Shown here in pieces: positions 1-13,255 of a stretch of 64,000 nucleotides of DNA. Numbering within the stretch: the stretch's first letter is position 1; the number at the start of each line of letters is the position of its first letter. Origin of the DNA: Eledone cirrhosa (Eukaryota); contig OZ024743.1 in the NCBI GenBank assembly GCA_964016885.1, positions 373,178,001 to 373,242,000 of the forward strand, given 5' to 3'. Under the pieces are notes generated by a model, which worked only from the letters and a program-made list of their open reading frames with translations, did no database searches and was not told the origin of the DNA. The position numbers were made by a program, and so were the translations under genes.

Positions 1-236
1 TTGCGCATGCTCAACCGGATATTGATTATATTCTGCTTCTGCCATTGTTAAAGAAATGTCTTTCGTTATTTCCAATCGAATCACATCTGACTGTAGAATA
101 ATCTATTATATATAGCATAAAACAAGTTTTTGAAAAGCAGATATATTTATTTATATAGAGAGGGAGAAGGAAAGAGAAAATACTCGTAATTATTCTCCAT
201 TCGGCATCATAATCGACCACCATCACTGAGGTATTT
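1..236 (+). promoter_or_regulatory. Probable promoter and non-coding first exon of the ZNF gene
   Basis: TGCGCATGC (NRF1-like motif) at 2-10. Donor-like GAG|GTATTT at 230/231 could pair with the acceptor at 6997. No transcript evidence. Confidence 0.4.
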
Positions 237-303
237 TATGTTAAAGTTGTTTACTTTATTCAATCGTCTTTTCTTCGGGTATTATTAATAGCAAATTAAT
301 TAA

Positions 304-472
304 GGGGCGGTGGATTGGCAGTACCGGTAGAGCGTCAGACACTATACTTTGCAGCATAGAGTTCTGAGTTCAAATCCCGCCGAAGTTACCTTTGCCTTTC
401 ATCCTTACGGGGTCAATACCAGTAATACACTGGTTTAATTGCTGGCCGTGTGCCAAAAGTAGAAGCAATTAT
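304..472 (+). mobile_element. tRNA-derived SINE family A; other copies at about 9390-9565, 9566-9795, 10792-11005, 31173-31460, 32740-32931, 36925-37350, 42705-42882, 44545-44723, 52731-52906
   Basis: Head ggcggtggattggcag..gagttcaaatccc (A/B-box-like), conserved core gcctttcatccttacggggtcgataaaataaagtaccag, (ATT)n-like tail. Confidence 0.8.
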
Positions 473-611
473 TAATGGAAAATTCCTATTAAAGTGAAAA
501 CAAAATCAATCGATCCGGTATACTGGATGTTTTGATTAAACGATTATTATTATTAACGAAATGAATGAAAGAAAAAGAAAGCTTAACATATGTAGGTCTG
601 CAAATATAAAA

Positions 612-1811
612 CTGAGGTGTCAGGTGATGCCCGTGAGGCTGCTTGGTTGTTTCAGCACCTTAGCCTCACAGACACTTAGCCTTGCCATCACCTAGGCTTA
701 CTGAGGTGTCAAGTGATGCCCGTGAGGGTGCTTGGTTGTTTCAGCGCCTCAGCCTCGCCATCACCCAGCCTTACCGAGGTGTCAAGTGATGCCCGTGAGG
801 GTGCTTGGTTATTTCAGCGCCTCAGCCTCGCCATCACCCAGCCGTACCGAGGTGTCAAGTGATGCCCGTGAGGGTGCTTGGTTATTTCAGCGCCTCAGCC
901 TCGCCATCACCCAGCCGTACCGAGGTGTCAAGTGATGCCCGTGAAGGTGCTTGGTTGTTTCAGCGCCTCAGCCTCGCCATCACCCAGCCTTACCGAGGTG
1001 TCAAGTGATGCCCGTGAGGGTGCTTGGTTATTTCAGCGCCTCAGCCTCGCCATCACCCAGCCGTACCGAGGTGTCAAGTGATGCCCGTGAGGGTGCTTGG
1101 TTGTTTCAGCGCCTCAGCCTCGCCATCACCCAGCCGTACCGAGGTGTCAAGTGATGCCCGTGAGGGTGCTTGGTTGTTTCAGCGCCTCAGCCTCGCCATC
1201 ACCCAGCCTTACCGAGGTGTCAAGTGATGCCCGTGAGGGTGCTTGGTTATTTCAACGCCTCAGCCTCGCCATCACCCAGCCTTACCGAGGTGTCAAGTGA
1301 TGCCCGTGAGGGTGCTTGGTTATTTCAGCGCCTCAGCCTCGCCATCACCCAGCCGTACCGAGGTGTCAAGTGATGCCCGTGAGGGTGCTTGGTTATTTCA
1401 ACGCCTCAGCCTCGCCATCACCCAGCCTTACCGAGGTGTCAAGTGATGCCCGTGAGGGTGCTTGGTTATTTCAACGCCTCAGCCTCGCCATCACCCAGCC
1501 TTACCGAGGTGTCAAGTGATGCCCGTGAGGGTGCTTGGTTATTTCAACGCCTCAGCCTCGCCATCACCCAGCCTTACCGAGGTGTCAAGTGATGCCCGTG
1601 AGGGTGCTTGGTTATTTCAACGCCTCAGCCTCGCCATCACCCAGCCTTACCGAGGTGTCAAGTGATGCCCGTGAGGGTGCTTGGTTATTTCAACGCCTCA
1701 GCCTCGCCATCACCCAGCCTTACCGAGGTGTCAAGTGATGCCCGTGAGGGTGCTTGGTTGTTTCAGCGCCTCAGCCTCGCCATCACCCGTGGTAATATGA
1801 GCGTCCGTTGA
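612..1811 (+). repeat. 73-bp minisatellite (about 16 units) derived from the 3' end of a CRE-like RLE retrotransposon ORF
   Basis: Units start at 701+73n. Each reads TEVSSDAREGAWLFQRLSLAIT and the last continues into RGN, matching the GDxRE..WLFQRxSLAxxRGN C-terminus of CRE-type elements. Confidence 0.85.
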
Positions 1812-2154
1812 CTCTTGTGTGTGACCGATTGTCCCATTTAGTGGTGAACTGATGGTAGTTTTGTTTAATCTTATATATGGAAGTATTCTATATATTATTT
1901 GTGTTTATTTTCATTCTGTAAGAAATATAAATAACTTGTAGTGTTATTTATACAATTGTGAATTTACAGAAGAAATAAATAGAAAAATATATTTAGCCCA
2001 TTATTAAACGTTGGATACGATCGGATACTTGTATAATTTGGGATAGTTGGTCTTCCCATGTTAGATTGTGTCATATACATTCCTTCGTATTATTTAACTT
2101 TTCACTTTAATAGAGAAGGCTTATATGAATTTATGTCTCTATACACGTGTGTTC

Positions 2155-2211
<57 letters not shown>

Positions 2212-2785
2212 TAAAGGAAAAGTATAGAAATTGTAGCGAGAAGCTAACAGTATTCCATAACATATATATATATATTATATATAATATACACACAGCACAC
2301 GTGTATAGAGACATAAATTCATATAAGCCTTCTCTATTAAAGTCAAAAGTAAACATATATATATATAATGAAGGAAGTGTGGTAAAGAACCAGAGTACTC
2401 AATACTTAGGGTAGTAGAGTGAGTAATAGGAAAATGTTCCTATATATCATCATCATCATTTTACGTCCGCTTTTCCCTGCTTGCAAGGGTGGGATGGGAA
2501 CTGATTCTGGCTTGATTTCTACAGCTGGATGCCCTTCCTAACACCAACCTCATTTACAGTGATTGCTGGGTGCTTTTTTTTGCCGTGGTACCTCCACGAC
2601 CACTTTGCAGTGGGATGATAGGGACCCCAGTCCCTATCATCTCATTTCTACAGCTGAGCAAACTGGAGCAATGTGAAATAAAGTGTCTTGCTCAAGGAAA
2701 CAACACATCACCCGGTCTGAGAATTGAACTCACAACCTTTCGATTGCAAGGCCAATGCTCTAACCACTAAGCCATGTGCCTCCAT

Positions 2786-3797
2786 ATCATCATCATCATC
2801 ATCATCATCGTTTAACGTCCATGTTCCACGCTTGCATGGGTTTGGACGGGAGTTTTCCCACTTGAGGCAAGAGTGGTTGTCTTGCTCGCATAGGACTGTC
2901 TGGCGGGTTTTCTACAGCTGGATGCCCTTCCTAACACCAACCACATTTACAGTGTGGGGCTGGGAGGTTTTTACCGTGTTGCCTACATGGCCACATTACA
3001 GCGTGGACTGTGTGTTTTTTTGTCGTGACACCTACACGATCTCATTTGTTTCGGCCTGGATGTTGTGGCACCAACATAACTTTACATTGAAAGGGGCGGT
3101 GTGGATGGGGTGGGGGTAGTGGGACGGGGGTGTATTTTGTTAGAGATGCCTACTGACTGTAGTAGGTTTTACTTTGTATTTAGGTAAGGCGGGTCTTCTC
3201 TATTACTGAGTACCGCCATAGGTCTCGGTCCAGTGACATTGTCTTGGAGAGGTGTAAGTGTGTGAGGTCGGAATTTATCAGCTCGTCCCAGGTTTTTCTG
3301 GGTCTGCCTACTCCGTGGCTACCGTATATCTTTATTGCCCTGCACTTTGTTATACAGCTATCGTTTTTCATGCGCATCACGTGACCATACCAACGTATCC
3401 TTCTCTCGAGTAAACAACATCTGATCCCTCTTATTTCTAATTTTTTCCTTAGTTCGTTTATGCTTTGCCGTTCACGTATATTACTATTACACATCCAGCG
3501 GAGCATGCAAGCTTCGTTCCTCTCTAGTCTGCGTATATCCTCTGCACACAATGCCCAGGTCTCACTGCCATGCAACATTGCTGTTCGTATGCAGGCATCA
3601 TACAACCTGCCTTTCACTTTTAGGGAGAACCCTTTAGCAGCTAATAGTGGTATAAGCTCTCTGAACTTTTTCCATCCAGTTCTGACTCTAGCTACTGTAC
3701 TTTCAGAGCACCCTCCCCCGCTGCTGATTTTGTCACCCAGGTAACGGAAGCTGTCCACTATTTCTATAGAACCCTCTGCGCAGTTGAAGGAGCTAGT
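2786..3797 (-). mobile_element. RTE-clade LINE, 5'-truncated
   Basis: RT C-terminal region (FRYLG, LHGSETW, RRIRWYGHV, GRPRKTW), 3' UTR and (GAT)n tail. Confidence 0.92.
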
Positions 3798-3840
3798 ATA
3801 TATATATATGAAGTATATATATATATATAAAGGAGCTGTT

Positions 3841-3874
<34 letters not shown>

Positions 3875-3917
3875 CAATATATTAACAAATGGAAACTATA
3901 TTTATAAAACTATATTT

Positions 3918-3980
3918 ATTTCATTATACATATTTCAAGGACACCAAAGCAAATTATGGTGCGCTTTCATCAGATAAAAT
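3918..3980 (-). ncRNA. Type I hammerhead ribozyme motif
   Basis: Minus strand: attttat CTGATGA aagcgcacca..tggtgtcctt GAAA tatgta TA atgaaat. Stems I, II and III are all present. Confidence 0.8.
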
Positions 3981-4241
3981 ATAATATAGATCAGTTTTAT
4001 AACCAAATATTGACATACCCTTAAAAGAATGTGACCATGTCTGTTGGAAGCTCCCGGATAGTCCTTTATTGAGTGCTTTATATCAGTTATAAAAATATTT
4101 GCTTGTTGTATCCCAACAAATTAAATATAACTTCTACATATATATATATATATAGTTATGTAATAAACAACATTAAGCTCTGTAACCTACATAGAGCACT
4201 CTTTTTTCCTGTACCTTTCCGACGGAATTACTTCATTTATT

Positions 4242-4273
<32 letters not shown>

Positions 4274-4300
4274 ATGTTAAGGTATTATAACATATATATA

Positions 4301-5917
4301 GCTTTCGTCGACTTGGAGAAGGCCTTCGACAGAGTCCCCCGTTCCATTATCTGGTGGGCTCTTAGAAAACTAGGTGTTGATGAATGGCTTGTGAGAGCTA
4401 TACAAGCCATGTATAAAGAAACAGTCAGCAAGGTTAGAATTAACAACGAATATAGTGAAGAGTTTAGTGTAAAAGTTGGTGTTCATCAGGGCTCTGTTCT
4501 TAGCCCCCTACTATTTATTATTGCCCTCCAGGCTATAACAGTGGAGTTCAAGACCGGCTGCCCATGGAAACTCCTATACACAGATGATCTAATGCTCATA
4601 GCTGAATCAATGGCCGAGCTAGAGAAGAAATTCCAAACATGGAAGCACGTCCTAGAATCAAAAGGCCTTAAAATTAACCTGGCTAAGACTAAAGTTCTAA
4701 TTTGTAAGAAAGAAAATAAGGCGGCGGTCCCCTCCGGGAAGTGGCCATGCGCAGAGTGTAGGAAAGGCGTAGGTAGAAATTCCATTTTGTGTCCCAAATG
4801 CAAAGGTTGGGTGCATAAAAGATGTAGTGGGATCACAGGTAAGCTAACTAAGAACATAGATTTTACATGTGGCCGGTGTTCTGGGGCAATAAGTAGCAGC
4901 AAGTGCCCACAAAATACTAGCTCTTTCAACTGCGCAGAGGGTTCTATAGAAATAGTGGACAGCTTCCGTTACCTGGGTGACAAAATCAGCAGTGGGGGAG
5001 GGTGCTCTGAAAGTACAGTAGCTAGAGTCAGAACTGGGTGGAAAAAGTTCAGAGAGCTTATACCACTATTAGCCGCTAAAGGGTTCTCCATAAAAATGAA
5101 AGGCAGGCTGTACGATGCCTGCATACGAACAGCAATGTTGCATGGCAGTGAGACCTGGGCATTGTGTGCAGAGGATATACGCAGACTAGAGAGAAACGAA
5201 GCTTGCATGCTCTGCTGGATGTGTAATAGTAATATACGTGAACGACAAAGCATAAACGAACTAAGGAAAAAATTAGAAATAAGAGGGATCAGATGTTGTT
5301 TACTAGAGAGAAGGCTACGTTGGTATGGTCACGTGATGCGCATGAAGGACGATAGCTGTATAACAAAGTGCAGGGCAATAAAGATAGACGGTAGCCACGG
5401 AATAGGCAGACCTAGAAAAACCTGGGACGAGCTGATAAACTCTGACCTCACACACTTACACCTCACCAAGACAATGTCACTGGACCGAGACCTTTGGTGG
5501 TACTCAGTAATAGAGAAGACCCGCCTTACCTAAATACAAAGTAAAACCTACTACAGTCAGTAGGCATCTCTAACAAAATACACCCCCGTCCCACCACCCC
5601 CACCACATCCACACCGCCCCCTTCTATGTAAAGTTATGTTGGTACCACACCATCCAGGCCGAAACAAATGAGATCGTGTAGGTGTCACGACAAAAAAACA
5701 CACAGTCCACGCTGTAATGTGGCCGTGTAGGCAACACGGTAAAAACCTCCCAGACCCACACTGTAAATGTGGTTGGTGTTAGGAAGGGCATCCAGCTGTA
5801 GAAAACCCGCCAGATAGTCCTATGCGAGCAAGACAATCACTCTTGCCTCAAGTGGGAAAACCCCCGTCCAAACCCATGCAAGCGTGGAACACGGACGTTA
5901 AACGTTGATGATGATGA
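4301..5917 (+). mobile_element. RTE-clade LINE, 5'-truncated
   Basis: FVDLEKAFD, GVHQGSVLSP, YTDD (YADD variant), (GAT)n tail. Begins in a TA tract. Confidence 0.95.
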
Positions 5918-7127
5918 TATGTGATGATTGTTTCTTAATAGAAAAGCTCAATGGACGTTGCCCAAATGATATATGGCCCTTTCTCTCTCTATATATATGT
6001 ATATCTTTTAATTTGAATTATATATATATATATATATTTATATACCAGTGGTAACACATTGGTCCTGCAAACCAAAGATCTGGGTTCGTCCTATGTGCGT
6101 CAATACTCATCCTTTTTTCCATTCAGAGGGTTTTTAAAAATCCCAACTAACAGACTAATTCTATTTAGTCAAATACGGCATAAGCACATGTTACTACCTA
6201 ATTTTCAAATTTGCTAGCCATTTGTAAACAAACCTACTTTGTGTCACCCTATTTATATACATATATATGTATATATTTTCCTTTACACACACAGTAAGGT
6301 GGTCGTGTAGGTGTCGCAACAAAAAGCACTCAGTCCACACTGTAAAGTGGTCGTGTAGGAGTCACGGCAAAAAGCACCCTGCACACACTGTAAAGTGGTG
6401 TTAGTAAGGGCATCCAGCTCTAGAAACCTAGCCAGAAACAGTTCTATATGACCAAGACACGGTCACCTGACCCAACTTGTCTCTAAATAGGACAATTTGT
6501 CTAACTCGTGCTAGTGAGGAAAATGGACGTTAAACGATGATGATATAGGGTAAAAACCCCCTTTGGTCATGAATCACCATGGTATTTGCACCTAGAAAGT
6601 TCCTCATTTCTACAGCAATGTGAAATAAAGTGTCTTGCTCAAGGACACAATGCATCAGCTGGTCCGAGAATGAAACTCACAACCTCCCGATTACAAACTC
6701 AATGCTCTAACCACTAAGCCATGCGCCTTCACACACATATATATATAGGTGTGCGTGTGTATGTAATGTTACACAGTCTGAATGTGTAACTGCAGTCTGT
6801 AAGTATATGGATTTCATTCATATGATGATTTTTGATGTAATTTTAATAAATCAAAAAATAAACTTCACCAATCGTTCAGCTAAATGTTTTTATCTACAAT
6901 TTATCAATATAGAAATGTAGTAAAAATTTTGCTGTTGATTCTTTACATTTTAAGTATTCTCTATATCTTACTGTATACTGTTTCTTTATTATTGCAGAAG
7001 ATCAGATGCCATTGGCATTAATGAATTCTTTACATCAGATACATTGTCAATATTTATCATCGTTTAAAAACTAAAGGAAGACATTATACAAAACAGTTTA
7101 TAATAAAGAAGTGAATAAAGAAAAATT

Positions 7128-8663
7128 ATGGAAAATGAATTATGGGAGAAAGAGGTTAAGATTAAAGTGGAGCCTGAAAGGAATGATTTCCCTGTTGAAG
7201 TATTTAAAGACATAGAAAAAACAATATACAACTGTGGTACCTGTGGAAAATCATTTTGTCATAAAAATCAACTATCTTCTCATAAATGTATTCATACAGC
7301 AGGTAAGCCATACCACTGTGATATCTGTGATAAAACTTTCTCTCGGAAAGGTCACTTGACTGTTCACAAACGTATTCATACAGGAGAGAAGCCATATCAC
7401 TGTGACACCTGTGGTAAATTATTCTATACAAATGGAGCCTTAATTAAACATAAACGTATTCATACAGGAGAGAAGCCATATCACTGTGACATCTGTGGTA
7501 AATTATTCTCTACAAATGGAGCCTTGATTAAACACAAACGTATTCATACAGGAGAGAAGCCATATCACTGTGATATCTGTGGTAAATTATTCTCTGAAAA
7601 TGGAGCCTTAACTAAACACAAACGTATTCATACAGGAGAGAAGCCATATCACTGTGACATCTGTGGTAAATTATTCTCTGAAAATGGAGTCTTAATTAAA
7701 CACAAACGTATTCATACAGGAGAGAAGCCATATCACTGTGACATCTGTGGTAAATTATTCTCTACAAATGGAGCCTTAACTATACACAGACGTATTCATA
7801 CAGGAGAGAAACCATATCATTGTAATATCTGTGGTAAATCATTCTCTCAAAATGCTGCGTTATTTTTACACAAACGCATTCATACAGGAGAGAAGCCATA
7901 TCGCCGTGATATCTGTGATAAATCATTCTCTGAAGGAAGTTCCTTAACTAGACACAAACGTGTTCATACAGGAGAGAAGCCATATCACTGTGATATCTGT
8001 GGTAAATCATTCTCCAAAAAATGTCAACTAACGTCTCACATACGAATTCATACAGGAGATAAACCACATCAGTGTGTTATCTGTGATAAATCATTCTCTC
8101 ATAAAAATGCCTTAAATTTACACAGACATATTCATACAGGAGAGAAGCCATATCACTGTGACATCTGTGGTAACACATTCTCTAGAAATTTTGACTTAAT
8201 TATACATAAACGTACTCATACAGGAGAAAGGCCATATCACTGTGATATCTGTGGTAAATCATTCTTTCGAAGCGGTGACTTAACTTCTCACAAGCGTGTT
8301 CATACAGGCGATAAGTTGCATCTCTGTGATATCTGTGGTCAGTCATTCTCTCATAAAAATTCCTTAACAAGACACAAACGCATTCATACAGGTGAGAAGC
8401 CATATCACTGTGAGTTCTGTGATAAATCATTCTCTAATAATACTCACTTAATTTCACACATACGTACTCATACAGGAGAAAAACCATATCGCTGTGACAT
8501 TTGTGGTAAATCTTTTGCTCAAAATAGTGATTTAACTACTCATAAACGTATTCATACAGGAGAGAAACCATATCTATGTGATATCTGTGGTAAATCATTC
8601 TCTCAAAATGCTGTGTTAACTAAACACAGACAAATTCATACAGGAGAGAATCCGTATCACTGA
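7128..8663 (+). CDS. Tandem C2H2 zinc-finger protein, 511 aa, 17 fingers (finger 9 degenerate: YRRDIC), single coding exon
   Basis: Repeated C-x2-C-x12-H-x3-H motifs with TGEKPY linkers. Splice acceptor tttctttattattgcAG ends at 6997 and AATAAA lies at 8883-8888. A frameshifted 18th finger follows the stop. Confidence 0.95.
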   Translation: MENELWEKEVKIKVEPERNDFPVEVFKDIEKTIYNCGTCGKSFCHKNQLSSHKCIHTAGKPYHCDICDKTFSRKGHLTVHKRIHTGEKPYHCDTCGKLFYTNGALIKHKRIHTGEKPYHCDICGKLFSTNGALIKHKRIHTGEKPYHCDICGKLFSENGALTKHKRIHTGEKPYHCDICGKLFSENGVLIKHKRIHTGEKPYHCDICGKLFSTNGALTIHRRIHTGEKPYHCNICGKSFSQNAALFLHKRIHTGEKPYRRDICDKSFSEGSSLTRHKRVHTGEKPYHCDICGKSFSKKCQLTSHIRIHTGDKPHQCVICDKSFSHKNALNLHRHIHTGEKPYHCDICGNTFSRNFDLIIHKRTHTGERPYHCDICGKSFFRSGDLTSHKRVHTGDKLHLCDICGQSFSHKNSLTRHKRIHTGEKPYHCEFCDKSFSNNTHLISHIRTHTGEKPYRCDICGKSFAQNSDLTTHKRIHTGEKPYLCDICGKSFSQNAVLTKHRQIHTGENPYH

Positions 8664-11624
8664 TATCTGTGGTAAATCATTTTCGATATAATGTGTCTTG
8701 AATAAACACGCATATTTATACAGGAGAAAAGTTTTAAACAGAATCTGGGTTAAGTCCTATTTCAGAATACTAATATAGTGAAAGTAAAATTTGAAGACAG
8801 AAAAGTAAACAACAAAATGTACTTTGGTCCAGTTTCTGTACCCAAATTTATCTCATTCATTGTAATGGAAAATGTTTATATAAATAAAAATATTCAAAAT
8901 ATTTTATATACATAAAAATGTGTTTATTTTTAGCTAAACTGTATTTTAGACCCATAACACTAGGCACCTCTTAACCACTATACCCCCTTTCATACACCAT
9001 CCATGCCCCAACACCTACCCACCCACTTCTGTACACAACAAAAATGCACCCAGTCCATACTGTAAAGTTGTGTAGGTGTCACGACAGCACCCAGTACTCA
9101 CTGTAAATGTGGTTGGCGTTAGGAAAGGCATCCAGTCATAGAAACCTAGTCAGAAACAGTTCTATATGAGCAAGACATGGTCACCTAACCTGACTTGCCT
9201 CTAATGGGACAACCTGTCTAACCCATGCTAGTGTGAAAAATTGACATTAAACGATGATGATGATCAGCCCTGAATAAACATATCTATTATCAAAGATATC
9301 CCCAGCTCAACTTTCATTTTATTTCCAGACTGTACTTGCATTAATTATACTGTATGTCAGGTGACAAACTCAAGTTGTTATTCAGCCACAAGATGGCAGT
9401 ATTGGTAGAGGGTCGGATGCCATGCTTTGCAGCAAAGAGTTACGGCCCTTTATGGTCTGAGTTCAAAACCCGCCAAGATTAACTTTGCCTTTCATCCTTA
9501 TGGATAAAGTACCAGTAATACACTGAGATAATTGCTGGCCTTGTACCAAAAGTAGAAACAATTATAATGGTTTCTGATTTAGGCACAAGGCCTACAATTT
9601 GAAGGGAAGGAGAAAGTTGATTAAATCAACCCAGTATGTTACTGGTACTTCATTTTATTGACCCCCCCCCCCCCCCCCCGTAAGGATGAAAGGCAAAGCT
9701 AACCTTGGTGGGATTTGAACTGAGATTGTAAAGAGACATAACTCTGTGCTGCAAAGCATGGTGTCCGATGCTCTAGCGATACTACCAATCCACTAAATCC
9801 AATAAAACGTGATATCAACTTGGTGTCTTGGAAGTGGTGTTAGAAAGAAAACCAAAAAAGAGTTCTCTATATAGTTTCTTCAGGAAAAAGAAAGTTATTT
9901 CTAGTACTATTACTACTACTTAGAGGATGACAAATCCGATCTTTTAACTATTGTGGCTAACGTTGATGCTACCACTACTACTACAACTTCAATTGCTACC
10001 ATTGTTGCTGTGGCTACTCCCTCTGCTGCTGCTGCTGCTACTACTACTACTGCTACTGCTGTTAATAAGAAAGCAGATTGAAGTTCCTGAAGGTTAAACC
10101 TTTAGTATTTAAACCTGCCATATCTGGCCAGAATTCACCTCTTTCTATTCAAACTGGCTGTAACTGGCTGCTCATACTTATGTTAAGGTATTGTTCTCAA
10201 AATAAAAACAAATTAAAATCTTGTAGATTCGATATTACGTTGAGATAAAGTGTAAATATAGAGTAATGTAAATGCTAAAGGGTTAAGGAAAACTTTCAGG
10301 TTCAATAATATTTAATTAAATTTCCTTTAACATACATTCCATTATTTTCAATGGGTACTAAGCTAGTATATATATCTTGTAGCAGTATATAAACAAAAAC
10401 TAAATACATTTCCTTGTTCATGTCTACATTTCAGACTTCGATTTTTTTCTCTTCAAATTTTATTTTCACTTTAATAATGTCCCCATATAGGACTTTAACC
10501 CTTTAGCATTTAAATCTGCCATATCCAGCCAGAATTCTCTCACCTCTTTCTGTTCAAACTGGCTGTAACTGGCTGCTCATACTGACATTAAAATATTGTT
10601 CTCAAAATAAATAATATCAAAATCTCATAGATTCAATGTTATTTGAGATAATTATGTAAGATAAAGCCTTTACCACCAAAATACAATAGTATATATAATG
10701 TTATAGTGTCCAGATATAAATCAGATGTTCATAAGAAAAGGAAATTAATTGGATTTTGCCGGATTAGAAATTTTAAGCAATTTTAAGATGAAGGCGGTGG
10801 ATTGGCAGTATTGGTGGAGCGTCGGACATGTTTTATGGCAGAGAGTTTCGTCCCTTTATGATCTGAGTTGAAATCCTGCAGTGGTTAGCTTTGCCTTTCA
10901 TCCTTGTAGGGTTGATAAAATAAAGTACCAGTAATTCATTGGGGTCGATTTAATTGATTTTATCCTCCGCCAAAATTGTTGGCCTTGTACCTAAATCAGA
11001 AACCAACATTACTGATCAATATTTGAAATAACTTCAAAACAAGCAACTATATATTTTCTTTTTCTTTTATTTGCAAATATATTAATTTGAATATTTGAAA
11101 TAGTTTAAAAAATGAATAATTCATTCATGTGTCTCCAAAGACATGTCAACCTCCCTAATGTTTGTGTCACTATAAAATGCATTCTGTAGGGTGTGGTAAT
11201 GTATGTAAACAAGATGTGGTTCCCAGCCTCTCTGAGGAATCAGTAGCTCCATTTAACCCTTTAACATTTACATTACTGCGTCACGCAGTAATACAGAGTA
11301 CCCGACCTCCCATGGGTACAAGCTGAAGCATATAGACAATATGCCCCCACACCCCCCACTGTAAGGTGGACGTGTAGGCGTCACGGAAAAAAAGCACCCA
11401 GCACTCACTGTAAATGAGGTTGGTGTTAGGAAGGGCATCCAGCTGTAGAAATCAAGCCAAATCAGTTTCTGTATGAGCAAGGCATGGTCAGCCGACCAGA
11501 CACTGCCCACAACAGACAACCCGTCTAACCCATGCTAGCGTGGAAGAACGGACGTAAAACGGTGATATGATGATGATGATTACTCTATATATACTATTGT
11601 ATTTTCATGGTAAAAGCTTTCACC

Positions 11625-12345
11625 ATCATCATCATCATCATTTTACGTCCGCTTTTCCCTGCTTGTAAGGGTGGGATGGGTCCTCTCTAGCACAACATCT
11701 CTCCATTTCATTCATCACAGTCCTTTGTCATCTCCTCTGTAAGCTTCAGCGATCTGAGGTCAGCTCTGACCACATCCGCCCATGTTTTTCGTGGTCTTCC
11801 TTCCACCGGGATTTCTTGGCACTTCTTCACCCAACAGTCGTCTTCAACGTGCATCACATGGCCAAAGCAATGCAGCCTTCTCTCCCGCACATATAGTTTA
11901 TCCCTCTTATACACAGTTTCACTCTCAACTCATCCATGTTTAGTCGTTCACGCATATTGACATTGCACATCCATCGGAGCATGCTTGCTTCATTTCTCTC
12001 TAGCCTTCGCATATCCTCTGCAGTTGCTGCCCATGTCTCACTACCATGCAGCATTGCACATCTCACACAGGCATCATACAACCGACCTTTTGTTCATAGG
12101 GAGAAACCCATCGTTGTCAACAGAGGAAGCAACTCCCTAAGCTTCTTCCATCCTGTCCTTATTCTAGATACTATGACCTCGGAGCATCCTCCTCCCTTGC
12201 CAATCTGATCACCTAGATATCAGAAGGTATCAACCACCTCTATAGATCCTATCTGCATTTGAAAAATGTGCCTATCACTGACACTTCTACTATAAATTTT
12301 CCCTGAACATATACTACATATGAAGTTTTCCCTCCCTCTTAGTTT
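11625..12345 (-). mobile_element. Older degenerate RTE fragment nested in a piggyBac-type MITE
   Basis: LHGSETW and LRWMC remnants with frameshifts; (GAT)n tail. Confidence 0.8.
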
Positions 12346-12852
12346 GCTTTATCTCACATAATATTGAAGCTATGAGATTTTGATATTATTTATTTTGAGA
12401 ACAATACCTTAACATCAGTATGAGTGGCCAGTTACAGCTGGTATGAACAGAAAGAGGTGAGAGAATTCTGGCCAGATACGGCCAGTTTAAATGCTAAAGG
12501 GTTAAGTACTGACTTGGTTAGTAATGAGCCATCTTACAGGCAGAGGAAAATGGATGTTAAATTAATCAAACCAGCAAGTATTTCTTTTGAAAATTCCATT
12601 TTTGGACCGTAATTTCAGTGCTCCCATCTGCATCAGATTTCGCCACAAAAATTGTCACTGCTATGAGATATGTAATTGTTTCAAATAGTTCGCCCTCACT
12701 GCTTTATTTTCTGGAGTGTTGAAATATTCTTTGCTCACCTTCATCATCATCATCATCATTTTAACGTCCATTTTCCATGCTAGCATGGGTAGGACGGGCT
12801 GTCCTGTTGTGAGAGATCAGGTTGGAGGACCCTTCCTAACGCGAACCTCATT

Positions 12853-13255
12853 TACTGTGTAGACTGGGTGCTTTTTGTTGTGACACCTACACAACCATTT
12901 TACAGTGTAGACTGGCTGCTTTTTGTTGTGACACCTAAATGATCACTTTACAGGATAGACTGGGTGCTTTTGTTGTGACACCTACATGACCACTTTTCTG
13001 TGTAGACTGGGTGCTTTTTGTTGTGACACCTACATGACCACTTTACAGTGTAGACTGGGTGCTTTTTGTTGTGACACACCTACATGACCACTTTACAGGG
13101 TAGACTGGGTGTTTTTGTTGTGACACCTACATGACCACTTTACAGGGTGGACTGGGTGCTTTTTGTTGACACTTACATGACCACTTTACAGAGTAGCCTG
13201 GGTGCTTTTTGTTGTGACACCTACATGACCACTTTACAGGGTGGACTGGGTGCTT
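12853..13255. repeat. 48-bp tandem repeat amplified from the RTE 3' UTR; also at 33635-33915 and degenerate at about 56000-56580
   Basis: Unit ttgtgacacctacatgaccactttacagtgtagactgggtgctttttg, which follows an RTE-like (CAT)n 3' end. Confidence 0.85.

Noticed and set aside
732-1811. Thirteen overlapping 67-aa ORFs; CRISPR-like appearance
   Set aside because: Artefact of a 73-bp tandem repeat with no unique spacers and no cas genes, in a eukaryotic context.
6045-6095. tRNA-like sequence (cagtggta..ctgcaaa..ggttcg)
   Set aside because: No acceptor stem or complete T arm; probably a SINE head remnant, not a tRNA gene.
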